Source: a virus (taxonomy: Duplodnaviria > Caudoviricetes). Taken from it: a stretch of 61,650 bases of DNA. Every line of letters starts with the position of its first letter. Within the stretch, counting starts at the first letter, position 1. The translations under genes and the position numbers were made by a program. Positions 28,326 through 38,133 of the stretch are shown here, piece after piece. The stretch covers positions 1 to 61,650 of the IMG/VR virus record IMGVR_UViG_3300047476_000161, one strand, 5' to 3'. The notes under the pieces are model-generated. The model worked only from the letters and a program-made list of their open reading frames with translations. It had not been told where the DNA came from and did no database searches.

Positions 28326-28736
28326 TTAGTCTTCGATAGCACGGCGCAGGATAAGCTCTTGCCTGCTAAACGCTTCGATTTCCCAAGGGCGGTCCAAATA
28401 ATTAGTACTTTTTTTGTACTGTTTTCCTGCCCAAATGTTAGTACCGCGTGGGCCGTACTTGAGCTGGCCTTTTGCTAGTTGCTTAACGTGCACTAGCTCG
28501 TGGGCTAGCGTCATACCGATTTCTTTTAACTTGCGGTGTGGCTTAATTACAACAAGATAAGCGCCAGTGGCGGCTGTCAAATCTAATGTAACTCCCTGGT
28601 TGTCTTCGCACTCGTCGTAGATGCGAATTAGTAATGCTTTGGTACTATTTTCTAATTTAAGCTGTTTAAGCATCGACGGTAGCAGTGCTTCAACGAACTT
28701 TTTATTCCTGCGACTGCCTTCTACTTTGATTTCCAT
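28326..28736 (-). CDS. Zincin-like metallopeptidase
   Basis: LAHELVH...PWEIEA motif. Confidence 0.75.
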   Translation of the reverse strand: MEIKVEGSRRNKKFVEALLPSMLKQLKLENSTKALLIRIYDECEDNQGVTLDLTAATGAYLVVIKPHRKLKEIGMTLAHELVHVKQLAKGQLKYGPRGTNIWAGKQYKKSTNYLDRPWEIEAFSRQELILRRAIED

Positions 28737-28758
28737 CGTGCTCTCCTAAGTAACCCAT

Positions 28759-28787
28759 AGTATAACACTTTTGGATTTATCAGTCAA
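28759..28787 (-). promoter_or_regulatory. Repeated early promoter TTGACT-N17-TATACT
   Basis: Spacer contains ATAAATCCAAAAGTG as in the repeat family. Confidence 0.75.
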
Positions 28788-28789
28788 AT

Positions 28790-28809
28790 AAAAAGCCCCT
28801 TGCGGGGCT
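28790..28809 (-). terminator. Rho-independent terminator after uvsY
   Basis: AGCCCC-GCAA-GGGGCT then TTTT on -; GNRA loop. Confidence 0.85.
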
Positions 28810-28812
28810 GTG

Positions 28813-29274
28813 TTAGTCTAAGCGAGCGTCATCTAGTCCGGCTACCCTTAGCTTAACAATGTTACTAACGTTCCAGTTAAGGCTGTCGAACCCTTTCATT
28901 ACACCTAGCCAGTAGTTACGCAATAGTGCTAACTCGTTGATTAGCTTTTGCAAGTTAACTACATCTAAGTCTCCGTCTACATACTTTTCAGCATCTCGGC
29001 TACTTAGTGCACGATTGTAATTCTCAATGAACTTCTTAAACTTCTCGCTACGCAACTTGCGGAGGTCAATGTTAAGATGCTCTAAGATGGCTTCAATTGT
29101 TTGAAGTTGCCCGAACCTATTTTCAAATATGCCGGGCAAAGTCTTTGCAACTGTTTCCAGGTTACCTTTTACTTTTAGCTCACGCCTAGCTGCATCGAGT
29201 TCATTTTCATAAAACGCAATACAGTTAGGCAGTTGACTAATGTCATTAGTAACGGCGTGGAACCAATTAATCAT
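28813..29274 (-). CDS. uvsY: Recombination mediator UvsY-like
   Basis: Helical 153 aa, AEKYVDGD motif, downstream of uvsX. Confidence 0.65.
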   Translation of the reverse strand: MINWFHAVTNDISQLPNCIAFYENELDAARRELKVKGNLETVAKTLPGIFENRFGQLQTIEAILEHLNIDLRKLRSEKFKKFIENYNRALSSRDAEKYVDGDLDVVNLQKLINELALLRNYWLGVMKGFDSLNWNVSNIVKLRVAGLDDARLD

Positions 29275-29542
29275 AGTCTGGCTCGTCTCCGTAACCTAGA
29301 TCATCATAGCCGCCATCATCGTCATCGAGGAATTCTTCTTCACCATCCTCGGGATACATTTCCTTAAAGGCTGCATCTAGGTGTCGATCCTCGCCTTTAA
29401 TTTCTTGCATCACAAATTCAATGTCGATAAATTCCTCTGCTTGACGAACATATGCCATTGCAGCTTCGCCGATTTCTTTCTTAGAGATATAAGGTTTTAG
29501 GCTTAGCCATAAGTTTAGAAATAGATCGCTGTCTTGATTCAT
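29267..29542 (-). CDS. Small acidic hypothetical protein
   Basis: Between uvsX and uvsY; Asp-rich tail. Confidence 0.7.
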   Translation of the reverse strand: MNQDSDLFLNLWLSLKPYISKKEIGEAAMAYVRQAEEFIDIEFVMQEIKGEDRHLDAAFKEMYPEDGEEEFLDDDDGGYDDLGYGDEPDYD

Positions 29543-29543
29543 A

Positions 29544-30632
29544 TTATTCCTCTGTAGTAATTTCGCCTGTTTCTTCGTCTACTGTAACAGAACTAATGTT
29601 AGTTGATAATGTATCTCTGTACATTACTTCATCCATTAATTTATCTAAGCAGCCTTCTTCGTTGCGCTCCCACTCCTTACGGAATAGCTTAATTTCTTCG
29701 CCGGACTTTAGTGTCACCTTTAGACGGTTGCCGTCTTTTTGTAGCAAGCCACGACCCTCACACAAGTCGACTAGACCACTGTGTGGGCTCATACCTTTGT
29801 CATAAGGAATTTTAACTTGTACAGATTCAAAAGGTTTAGCGTAACGTGTCTTCATAATCTTGCAAGCGGCGCGGATACCGTTTACTTCAGAAGTCTTGTT
29901 ACCATCTTCGTCTTCTTTTAGCTTTAGCTTACGCATAGCAACAACGATAGAGCTGGCATAGATAAAGCCTTGACCGCCACTGATCTTGTCATCTGGATCA
30001 AACATATCCTGACTTGCGTAGGTGTGGTTAGTTGCAACTAGACCGATGTTTAGGTTACCAAACATATTAACACAGTTACGAACTAGTGCTGTAAGTGCTT
30101 TAGGCTTACGGCCCATATCGCCTTTTAAGTCGCCGCCGTCGAACTGATTTACGTCAGTTGGAGTTAATAGCATACCTAGACTGTCTAGTACGAAAAGTAC
30201 TTTAGGTCGCTCGTCTTCTGGCATTTCGCGATAGTCCTTAACGAAAGTACTAATCATCTTAGCAACATCGTCAATCATAGCCATATTCAGCTTGAGCAGT
30301 TTCTTCTCGTCGGTGTCGACACCTAGAGCGTGTAGCCAGGCTTCGTCTAGTGCGTTTTCTGTATCAATTAGCACTACATAAATGCCTTGTTCCTGTGCGT
30401 GGCGTACAAGGTTGCCTGAGCAAATGTAGCTCTTGCCTGCACCGGACTCACCTGCAAACACAGTAACTTTACCCATCGGAATACCTTTGTTAAAGTCTCC
30501 GCTAACTAGGTAGTTAAGTGCGTGATTGCCGGTACTGACCCAATCAGTCGGGTCATTAAAGCCTACGCTAAGACCATCAATGCTCTTAGTTAGACTCTTT
30601 CTAAATTTTGTAACGTCAAACGGTTTTGTCAT
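29544..30632 (-). CDS. uvsX: RecA-like recombinase (UvsX)
   Basis: STG, GESGAGKS, IDTENA, VLDSLG, TNH and SGG motifs. Confidence 0.9.
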   Translation of the reverse strand: MTKPFDVTKFRKSLTKSIDGLSVGFNDPTDWVSTGNHALNYLVSGDFNKGIPMGKVTVFAGESGAGKSYICSGNLVRHAQEQGIYVVLIDTENALDEAWLHALGVDTDEKKLLKLNMAMIDDVAKMISTFVKDYREMPEDERPKVLFVLDSLGMLLTPTDVNQFDGGDLKGDMGRKPKALTALVRNCVNMFGNLNIGLVATNHTYASQDMFDPDDKISGGQGFIYASSIVVAMRKLKLKEDEDGNKTSEVNGIRAACKIMKTRYAKPFESVQVKIPYDKGMSPHSGLVDLCEGRGLLQKDGNRLKVTLKSGEEIKLFRKEWERNEEGCLDKLMDEVMYRDTLSTNISSVTVDEETGEITTEE

Positions 30633-30888
30633 TTTCTTCTTCCTTCTGTTCTATGTTATACGACATCATCATACGAGTCAACGGTTCCATTTGCTTTTGG
30701 AATACTTCAGGAACTTGTTCCGCAACTCGGGCCATATCCCAATCACTAGGATAATGTCGTAAAATACTCCAGGCCTGCTGCCGTACAGCTTTAGGGATTC
30801 TGGGATATTTTTTAGTATCGTTTGCTAGCTCACCTAAAAATTTACTAGCCCACAATACTGCACGGTATCGTTCGTCGGGTAATGTCAT
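30616..30888 (-). CDS. BPSL0761-like protein
   Basis: MTLPDERYRAV...LRHYP motif; start refined to 30888. Confidence 0.65.
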   Translation of the reverse strand: MTLPDERYRAVLWASKFLGELANDTKKYPRIPKAVRQQAWSILRHYPSDWDMARVAEQVPEVFQKQMEPLTRMMMSYNIEQKEEENDKTV

Positions 30889-30932
30889 ATCTTCTCTACT
30901 TCGTGAGAGTAAGCGTTTTTTGTGCATAAACT

Positions 30933-30957
30933 AAACAAGGGGTTTCCCCCTTGTTTT
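30933..30957. terminator. Terminator-like hairpin after the SSB gene
   Basis: aaacaagggg/ccccttgttt inverted repeat. Confidence 0.75.
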
Positions 30958-30958
30958 A

Positions 30959-31957
30959 TTAGGCTGCACTCTTACGGTTACGAATCATTGATAGTAAGTC
31001 ATCAACGCTTGGCTTACCGGCTGCTGCTGGAGCAGGAGCAGATGCTGCTGATGTATCGAATGGAGGATCATCGTCCTCAGTTGCTTGAGGTGCTGCCACC
31101 GGAGCAGGTGCTGCCTTAGGTGCAGGAGCAGGTGCTGCGCTTGTAGTTGAACCTGTCGCAACTTCATCGCGATAGCCAGCTGGCTTATAGAACTGTGCCC
31201 AACGTGCTGGGTCATATAGTTCGCCATCTACACTTGCTTCGAACATTTCAACGATAGCGTTTAGTTCTTCAGCATTTGGCTTCTTAGGCATAAAGTCGTT
31301 TAGGTTGTACAAGTTATATTGTGCAATAGCACCTAGTTCTTGCTCGTTCAAGCTACGTTCTTTACGTGCCCAAGTAGATGTAGAGTAGTCAGCATAACCG
31401 CCCTTAGAAGTCTTGACTAGACGGAAGTCAGTACCTTGGACATAGTCGGTTGGTAGTTCTTCCATCTCAGGGTTCATAAGTGCGCTCTTGATGATACCGA
31501 AGATGCTTGGGTTGATGATGAAACGACGGATTGGATTTTCCGGTTGGTCGTCTGCTAGTGGATTTGTTGGTACAAAACCTTGGAAGATGTAGCTACGCTT
31601 CTTCCAGTACTTACGACCCATTTCTTCCATACGTGGGTCTTTGAACCAAGGACGGATTGCAGCGTGGACTGGGCAAGTCTCATTCCACATTTCCATACAA
31701 GGAACTTTTACTGTAACTGGTTTATTAGTGTCGCCACCTTTAACACCGCTAAACGGGATGTTAATGATTTGACGTTCGCGCCAGAAGAATGTGTTTGATT
31801 CGTCTGCGTCTGGGAGGAATCGAAGAACTGCTGTTGAGCCTTCGGGAATATTCCAAAATGCGTAAATTGAATTGTCGCCGCCGCCTGTGTTGCCTTGGGA
31901 CTTTGTACGCTCTTCTTGTTGTGCTAGTTTCGCACGGATTTCTGCTAGTGATGCCAT
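30959..31957 (-). CDS. Single-stranded DNA-binding protein (T4 gp32-like)
   Basis: LRFLPD, CPV, GGYADYSTS and acidic DDDPPFD tail. Confidence 0.85.
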   Translation of the reverse strand: MASLAEIRAKLAQQEERTKSQGNTGGGDNSIYAFWNIPEGSTAVLRFLPDADESNTFFWRERQIINIPFSGVKGGDTNKPVTVKVPCMEMWNETCPVHAAIRPWFKDPRMEEMGRKYWKKRSYIFQGFVPTNPLADDQPENPIRRFIINPSIFGIIKSALMNPEMEELPTDYVQGTDFRLVKTSKGGYADYSTSTWARKERSLNEQELGAIAQYNLYNLNDFMPKKPNAEELNAIVEMFEASVDGELYDPARWAQFYKPAGYRDEVATGSTTSAAPAPAPKAAPAPVAAPQATEDDDPPFDTSAASAPAPAAAGKPSVDDLLSMIRNRKSAA

Positions 31958-32030
31958 AATGTTTCTCCTATATTAGCCTAGTTAAGTTAGTATTAGCCTA
32001 GATAGTACCTACACCGTGTAAGTACTAACG

Positions 32031-32060
32031 ATTTTACTGGTATTACCTGACCAGTGTCAA
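32031..32060 (-). promoter_or_regulatory. Sigma70-type promoter TTGACA-N18-TAAAAT for the SSB gene
   Basis: Consensus -35; actggt/accagt inverted repeat in the spacer. Confidence 0.6.
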
Positions 32061-32070
32061 CAGCTTTATC

Positions 32071-33363
32071 TTATTTTGATAAAATTGTTGACGCAGTGTA
32101 TTTTGAAATAGCTTCTTGTACGCTGCTCAGGACAATGTCATCAACTCCATTGTTGATAACGTGTTCTTTATTTATTACAACTGACTTACGAATCAAATTT
32201 CGTAGCAGTTCGGATACTTGGTTGCTTGTGTTATGATCCAATGAATCATACACATCAATGATTGATTGTAGCTTACTTGCTACGTTACTGTCAACTGCGT
32301 GGCTAGCCAAAAATTTAGCAACGTGTTTGTTACGTGCATTAGTGTCGCTACCAAAATTTAAGTTACTAGGATGGTTGACATCATCTTCGTCTGCGTTCTT
32401 GAGTTCGAGTTCTCTAATAGTGTCTAGCTGTCCGATTACGTCTGCAATTTCGTTCATCGTGCTTTCTTGCAGTGTAGCCTGGTCTAACAGTGCTAGTACG
32501 TATGGCATTGCAGACTCTACCGCAGTATTAACAGACTTCTTAGTAAAGTTGTTCTTCATTTCAGAAATTCTGTTGTTGTCATCGATTGTTGACAGTAATG
32601 TCATTTCTGCCAGACCGCGACCTGTCTTAAATGCCTTACCGATCTCTGCTGCTTTTTGTTCTGCTAACTCGACTAACTTAGCAGTATCCTCATTTACAAA
32701 ATTACTGCGCTTGCTGTGTGATACAAAACGCTTTAGTGAAATGTATTGCTCTGCTAGTTGAATTAATTTTTGACCTTGTTCGTCGTAAGGGTTGCCGCCT
32801 TCGCTAACGTGGTGAGCTAGTGCACGTGCACCTGCTAGATATTTAAACGGGTATGAGAAACGTTCGCCGACACGGTTCTCAATAAAGATTGCTTGTATGC
32901 TACGACTACGAGCACCTTTTACTTCTTCATTAACTGCTTTAGTGTGACGAATGATTAAACGAGCATTTTCTAATTTTTGATAGCTAGACTTTGTAGTACC
33001 TGTCATATTAACAGATTCGCTAACAGACTCTTTAGTAATTTGGAAAGCAAAGTCTTTTGGTTCTAATTTTTTACCGTAGTTTTTAACAGTAAATGTTAGC
33101 ATATAGTGACGTGCAGTAGTTTTAACTGCGTTAACTAAATCCTTAACATCATCGTACTGTTGGTTGTTGCCTACGTATAGTGAGATGTTATTTGCACTGC
33201 GGTCGTAGTGAATCATACTGTGTTTATCTTTAAGATAAAAACGAGTAGCTTCGTTTGGATCCAAAGTCTTTTTGGCTTCGTCGTCACCCATAATGATAGC
33301 GTTGCCGCTACCCACTAGGATATCAAATAATCTATTAGAAACGTTCTGTTTGTTTATGCTCAT
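32071..33363 (-). CDS. Hypothetical late (probably head-associated) protein, 430 aa
   Basis: TAAATA at 33371; GERFSYPF..LAGARALAHHV motif; several xxES sites. Confidence 0.75.
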   Translation of the reverse strand: MSINKQNVSNRLFDILVGSGNAIIMGDDEAKKTLDPNEATRFYLKDKHSMIHYDRSANNISLYVGNNQQYDDVKDLVNAVKTTARHYMLTFTVKNYGKKLEPKDFAFQITKESVSESVNMTGTTKSSYQKLENARLIIRHTKAVNEEVKGARSRSIQAIFIENRVGERFSYPFKYLAGARALAHHVSEGGNPYDEQGQKLIQLAEQYISLKRFVSHSKRSNFVNEDTAKLVELAEQKAAEIGKAFKTGRGLAEMTLLSTIDDNNRISEMKNNFTKKSVNTAVESAMPYVLALLDQATLQESTMNEIADVIGQLDTIRELELKNADEDDVNHPSNLNFGSDTNARNKHVAKFLASHAVDSNVASKLQSIIDVYDSLDHNTSNQVSELLRNLIRKSVVINKEHVINNGVDDIVLSSVQEAISKYTASTILSK

Positions 33364-33377
33364 AATGTATTATTTAG

Positions 33378-33968
33378 TCAATTTGCATATCTCAATTCTT
33401 TAAGAATAGACAAGCAATCGTCAAAACTCAGTGCCTTATCAAACGACATACTAAGCAATATTCTTGTTTCTGTTTTACTCTTATTAAGGACCCGGTGATA
33501 TTCCGATGTATTGAACAATACTGCATTGTTGTCCATAGAAAATGACACTATAGCCTTCGGCGGCGATTTATATATTCCTGTAGTATAAAATGTATCAATG
33601 TTATAATGGAATTCGAAGTCGGGCTTGGTGTAGAATTCCGTTACCGAATCCGTATTAATTATAGGAAAATTCAAGCATATATGACGTTCTTGTTCTTTAT
33701 TAGGAATATGATCTATATGAATGTTAGTACTGGATTCTGGTGTTAGGTACATTACCAATCCGGAACCTACCAAATACTTAGATAAATCAGGGAAGTACAT
33801 TTCCGCAATGTCATTAAGATGCTTAACCTTATGGCCATTGCACCTTATAGCCTTATCTCTTTCACCTAACTCCGAAAATTTGTCAAAGTATGCTGTTTGT
33901 ACTCCTTTAATCACGCTTTCTTTAAAATTTAAAGAATACACATACGGCTTACATTTTATTCCATCCAT
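33378..33968 (-). CDS. Fe(II)/2OG-dioxygenase-like cupin protein
   Basis: IHID...LNFPI...FNTSEYHRV...R..LS (HxD...H...R). Confidence 0.65.
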   Translation of the reverse strand: MDGIKCKPYVYSLNFKESVIKGVQTAYFDKFSELGERDKAIRCNGHKVKHLNDIAEMYFPDLSKYLVGSGLVMYLTPESSTNIHIDHIPNKEQERHICLNFPIINTDSVTEFYTKPDFEFHYNIDTFYTTGIYKSPPKAIVSFSMDNNAVLFNTSEYHRVLNKSKTETRILLSMSFDKALSFDDCLSILKELRYAN

Positions 33969-34561
33969 TTAAAATACTCCATTGCATCATAGTATGACAT
34001 CCCGTCTTTAATGGATAAACTAAGAACCACACGTTTAGTTTTGCCTAAGTTAGTAATAGAATGCCATTGCTTAGTGTTAAGCAATACGGGGTCATTTATC
34101 ATATAACATTCTGCTACCTTAACAAGCAAATTACTATCATTTGCAAAAATTGTTTTAGTTTTTTCATCGTAGTGTGTGCTGCCACTATTTGTGTAGAACA
34201 CCGTAGGGGAATCAACAGTACATCCTTCTATAGGAAAATTTAATGCCGACTTACGTACTGATTCGTCGAAGCCTGCATCTGTATGCGGCAATGTTCTGCC
34301 GCCGGGGTTTAAATCGGAAATTAAACAGCCACCGCTGAGTATTGGTAATTTTTGCTTTATGGACTTGTATGCATCTACGTTTAGTTTGTCTACATCAAAA
34401 TAAGTTACCACATCGCCGTTGGCATTCTTATTTTTAGATACTAACGACATCATATTATGCACCGGCTTTATATACGTATGGTAATACTGAACAATTTCTT
34501 GCTGCAAGCCAGCAGGCAATACAGGAGCATAAAAATAGTCATCAGTATTAACCATTTTCAC
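33956..34561 (-). CDS. Fe(II)/2OG-dioxygenase-like cupin protein (paralog of 33378..33968)
   Basis: PHTD...LNFPI...LNTKQWHSI...RVVLS; GTGA overlap with terL. Confidence 0.65.
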   Translation of the reverse strand: MKMVNTDDYFYAPVLPAGLQQEIVQYYHTYIKPVHNMMSLVSKNKNANGDVVTYFDVDKLNVDAYKSIKQKLPILSGGCLISDLNPGGRTLPHTDAGFDESVRKSALNFPIEGCTVDSPTVFYTNSGSTHYDEKTKTIFANDSNLLVKVAECYMINDPVLLNTKQWHSITNLGKTKRVVLSLSIKDGMSYYDAMEYFKWME

Positions 34562-36102
34562 AACCCTATAGGCATAGGCATCATAATCTCTGCCTTTTCT
34601 ACTTCATCTTGTAAACGCTCAAACAAATTCTGATCCCAATTCATTAGCAACTGTATCATACGGACTGATAGTATAGATGCCATCACTAAGTCGTCTGTTT
34701 CGCCTTGTTTAGCTGCAAAGCTCTGGCCACTGGCAATAAAGTTCTTCATTTCTCTAATTAAGTTCTTAGAGCTAACTTTCATCTTGTCGTTTTCGATCCA
34801 GTACTTGAACTTCGCGCACGCCGCGATTTTTGTTTTGAACGACGTTGTGAAACCGCGCCTTTGTTTGCCCGGCTCCGTGAGGAACGTTGCTGGGATGTTT
34901 TCTTCACCCATCTCCCTAATAGCCATAAGAGCAGCTTCGCCAATAGTATTATTTTCAACACTCCAGTAGATCTCCCCTTTTTGTTTTTGATTTTTTATTT
35001 CGTGATCTATGTAAGAAATAATGTCCCTAATAATTTTTAGTTGTCCTTTAATGTCAGTTTTATTGTGCTGCCATTCTGCAACTTGTACCATTTCAGGAAG
35101 CTGGAATACTTGCACTGCCGAGTAATCGCCACCTGTTCCTAAGCTAGGGTCCCAAGACAATACAAATGTTTTGTTACCCTCAATGTGTCTGTAGTAGCGC
35201 ACTTGTCCTGCTTTTAGGATAGGATCTACTCCAGACAACTCTGCTAGCTTTAGGCTGTTAATTAGTGTTTCGTCGAATACGATGAATTCACATAAGTGCT
35301 CTCGACGGAAACGTTCTTCGCCAATCTTATTACGTTCTGCGTCTGCCCAAACCTGATCACGCTCTGGATGGCGGCTCCAATCGAACATAATGCTCTTAAA
35401 GCCGTTAACACCTACGCCAGTGTCGTTACCATATTCGTCTATTGTCTTGTTAGCTAGTTTCCAAATCTGTGCAAACTGGTCATCGTCGCTGTTAGGGGTG
35501 CTTGTAATAATACACTTACCACCAGTGCTTAGTGTAGGGCTCAGTGACGTCCAGAATTCTGTAGCAATGCGCGGCTTAACGAACGCAAACTCGTCTAGGT
35601 ATACTAGTGTTAATGACATACCACGACCGGTATTTTCTGTAGTAGTTGCACTAACAATACGACTACCGTTGTCAAACTCTAAGCTACCTTTGTTATAACT
35701 AGTTGCACCTGCACGTAAGTAGTTAGGCAAGTTTTCGTACATATAACGAATACGTTGCATAATTTCTTGTGCACCTGTGTGCTTATGCGCTGCAATTAAA
35801 ATTGTACTGTCGGGCACAAACATTGCATACCATAGCAAGTAGCCTGCTGCACAAGTAGACTTACCCATCTGACGCCCTAGCATATTAATGCTGTAGCGGT
35901 TATTGTGATAGCAATCCAACAAGTCGACCTGATAGTCGAATAAGTCAAACTTAACACGACCTTTAGTAGGGTGTTGGATATACATATGCGTCTTGATAAA
36001 GTATATTGGATCTGCTGCGCTCTTAGTGATTTCTTCAATCATCTCCGGCGTATAAGTTTCCGACGTATAAGGACGCTTTACTAATTCAAATTCTGATGCC
36101 AT
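34558..36102 (-). CDS. terL: Terminase large subunit (T4 gp17-like)
   Basis: RQMGKS, YLDEFAF, ITSTPN, WDPSLGTGGDYS and DDLVMA motifs. Confidence 0.95.
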   Translation of the reverse strand: MASEFELVKRPYTSETYTPEMIEEITKSAADPIYFIKTHMYIQHPTKGRVKFDLFDYQVDLLDCYHNNRYSINMLGRQMGKSTCAAGYLLWYAMFVPDSTILIAAHKHTGAQEIMQRIRYMYENLPNYLRAGATSYNKGSLEFDNGSRIVSATTTENTGRGMSLTLVYLDEFAFVKPRIATEFWTSLSPTLSTGGKCIITSTPNSDDDQFAQIWKLANKTIDEYGNDTGVGVNGFKSIMFDWSRHPERDQVWADAERNKIGEERFRREHLCEFIVFDETLINSLKLAELSGVDPILKAGQVRYYRHIEGNKTFVLSWDPSLGTGGDYSAVQVFQLPEMVQVAEWQHNKTDIKGQLKIIRDIISYIDHEIKNQKQKGEIYWSVENNTIGEAALMAIREMGEENIPATFLTEPGKQRRGFTTSFKTKIAACAKFKYWIENDKMKVSSKNLIREMKNFIASGQSFAAKQGETDDLVMASILSVRMIQLLMNWDQNLFERLQDEVEKAEIMMPMPIGL

Positions 36103-36123
36103 ATATTGTATTTACAAAGACAA

Positions 36124-36147
36124 CAAAAGGGGTCAAAACCCCTTTTT
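36124..36147. terminator. Terminator hairpin
   Basis: aaaagggg/cccctttt inverted repeat. Confidence 0.7.
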
Positions 36148-36166
36148 GCTGTTTGCAACATTGTGT

Positions 36167-36538
36167 TTACTCTGCTGCTTTAAATTTTGCGTATGATTCG
36201 CTGATGCTTTCATATGTTAGTGGATTGTCGCCGCTAGCTGCTGTACCGCGATAGCCGTGTTTGCTCTTACCTTGACCTGGCGCACCGAAGTCTGTAATGT
36301 CGCCGTGTACACGTGGGCTGCGTTCCTTAGTAGAGTCGGGAGTATTTTCAAACTCTTCTTCTACTTCCATTTGGCATTCGCCTTCTACTTGATGCGGCTC
36401 GTCGATGGCAACTACTTCGTGGCTAACAACTTGCTGGCCGCTTAACTGCATAATCTTCAATACATCTTCGGGGTCTGTAGTCTGCATTGTGATTACTTTA
36501 GTAGGTGTCTGAATTGTTAATTGAAAAACTTGTTCCAT
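36167..36538 (-). CDS. Hypothetical late protein, 123 aa
   Basis: Coupled to the upstream gene; GDNPL...YAKFK tail. Confidence 0.65.
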   Translation of the reverse strand: MEQVFQLTIQTPTKVITMQTTDPEDVLKIMQLSGQQVVSHEVVAIDEPHQVEGECQMEVEEEFENTPDSTKERSPRVHGDITDFGAPGQGKSKHGYRGTAASGDNPLTYESISESYAKFKAAE

Positions 36539-36539
36539 T

Positions 36540-37154
36540 TTATTTTCCCTTTCCTATCTTCATTGGATCAGGGATAGTGTTGCGACCGCTGATCGGACTT
36601 GTCTTGCCGTCTTCTGTTGGCATAGGACTTGGTTTGATTTCTGTCTTTTTAGCAAAAGTCATTTTACGAGTTTGCTTACGGATTTCTTTAATGAAATCTG
36701 CTGTAGGCTTGTTGCCGTATACTGTTTGCTTTTCTTGTTTAACTTCGCTGTACTTAGGATCTTCTAAGCGAGCTTTATACTCTTGCTTATCGTCCTCTGC
36801 TGCTTCCATAGCTTCTTGTTCTACTTCGCTAGGTTCGCCGGCTACACGTACACGAATTTGTGATTCGGAAATTCCTAAAATCTTGCATAGCTCTGATTGC
36901 AGTGCAAAGCTACTTACTGGTAGCGCACAGCAAGCATCAATGATATAGATCTCGTAACCTTTAAGGTCAGGAAAGTCAATTGGTGTGCTTTGCAGCATTG
37001 TCTTTTGCGGTGCACTTACTTTTTGTGCATCGTACTTAGTCAAGTGACGTTCTAGTTTGTCTAGTTGTTCCTTCTCAGGTTCAAACGCAAACTTAATGCG
37101 GACGTCGACTTCTTTTTTGTTCTGTTCGATATATTCTAGTAGGGTCTTTGTCAT
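36540..37154 (-). CDS. Putative internal head protein, 204 aa
   Basis: MTKTLLEYIEQ N-terminus resembles the T4 capsid-targeting sequence; TAAATA upstream. Confidence 0.65.
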   Translation of the reverse strand: MTKTLLEYIEQNKKEVDVRIKFAFEPEKEQLDKLERHLTKYDAQKVSAPQKTMLQSTPIDFPDLKGYEIYIIDACCALPVSSFALQSELCKILGISESQIRVRVAGEPSEVEQEAMEAAEDDKQEYKARLEDPKYSEVKQEKQTVYGNKPTADFIKEIRKQTRKMTFAKKTEIKPSPMPTEDGKTSPISGRNTIPDPMKIGKGK

Positions 37155-37174
37155 ATCAGGATCCTTTTATAAGT

Positions 37175-37699
37175 TTATTTATCCTTATTGGACACTTGCT
37201 TGATGATTTCCTTGAGCAAGCTGTTCCTGTCAGTTACTATTACACCCTCAGTTTCTACAACTTCGCCGTTACCCAGACGTGCATCTCCAGTTTCTGCAGG
37301 CTTTTCTAGCTGCTTAACTTTTAAGTCCAGGTTTGCTTTTTTAAGTTGCAAGTCAATCATTTTTAGCTTTTTATCCAATTTAGCTGTTTTAGCTGTAATT
37401 GCTGCACTCATCATCTTGCTAGCAACGTCAAATATAGCTCCGGCATTTCTGTCGTCTACATTCATACCTAAGTCTACTAGCCTGTCATATGTGTCCATTG
37501 CTTTACGTGCATACTCGTCAAAGTCTGCATCGTCTGCTTCCATTCCGCGAACTTGCGGAAGTGCTCGATCAATTTTATCAGCAGTCTGTAGCACTTGCTC
37601 TGCTTGTTCGTCATCTAGCTCAACTGGCAGGGGAGCAGGGTTAATATCCTCGTGCTCTACAGAATCCAAATTGAATAGCTCTTCTAACTTTTTTGTCAT
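37175..37699 (-). CDS. Putative terminase small subunit
   Basis: Helical-hairpin core, C-terminal DRNSLLK; near terL and the gp4-like gene. Confidence 0.5.
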   Translation of the reverse strand: MTKKLEELFNLDSVEHEDINPAPLPVELDDEQAEQVLQTADKIDRALPQVRGMEADDADFDEYARKAMDTYDRLVDLGMNVDDRNAGAIFDVASKMMSAAITAKTAKLDKKLKMIDLQLKKANLDLKVKQLEKPAETGDARLGNGEVVETEGVIVTDRNSLLKEIIKQVSNKDK

Positions 37700-38133
37700 T
37701 TTCGTTTGCCCATCCTGTTGTAGATATCTTCCTCGGTTACTACTCTAAAAATAGCACCGTGTTTTTTACACCAGGCTTTAGCGGCTTCCCATTTAGCCAT
37801 ATTTAATACCACAGCCGCCTTTTGTTGTTGACTCTTAGCTTCTTCTAATCTAGCCTGATTGCGGGGCTTGATTTCGATAATTTCTGTTATCTTTTTACCA
37901 TTCTTGTCTTGATACATAATCAAGAAGTCTGGCACATAAAATGTATCTCTACCGGTAAAAGGATTGCGATATGGTATACGCAAACATTCACTACCCCAGT
38001 TAATTATACCAGGGTGATTGTCGCAGAAGCGCATAAACGTCATTTCCCACGAGCTTCTGTAATTAGGTGCGTGATGACCTACATATTTCTCAGGGTTCTG
38101 TACTACATAGGTGCCTTGGCTGTACTTGGCCAT
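37696..38133 (-). CDS. Head completion nuclease (T4 gp4-like, TnsA-type)
   Basis: NPEKY, YRSSWE, YVPDF, EIKP, KWEAA and VTEE motifs. Confidence 0.9.
   Translation of the reverse strand: MAKYSQGTYVVQNPEKYVGHHAPNYRSSWEMTFMRFCDNHPGIINWGSECLRIPYRNPFTGRDTFYVPDFLIMYQDKNGKKITEIIEIKPRNQARLEEAKSQQQKAAVVLNMAKWEAAKAWCKKHGAIFRVVTEEDIYNRMGKRK

Noticed and set aside
4568-36102. Introns, inteins or homing endonucleases in nrdA, nrdB, helicase, uvsX or terL
   Set aside because: All are uninterrupted and of ordinary length; no LAGLIDADG, HNH or GIY-YIG motifs were noticed
37188-37748. Long + strand ORFs such as 37188..37748, 32258..32761, 19890..20396 and 1151..1561
   Set aside because: Antisense shadows of well-supported - strand genes; Ser/Leu-rich translations with no SD or motifs
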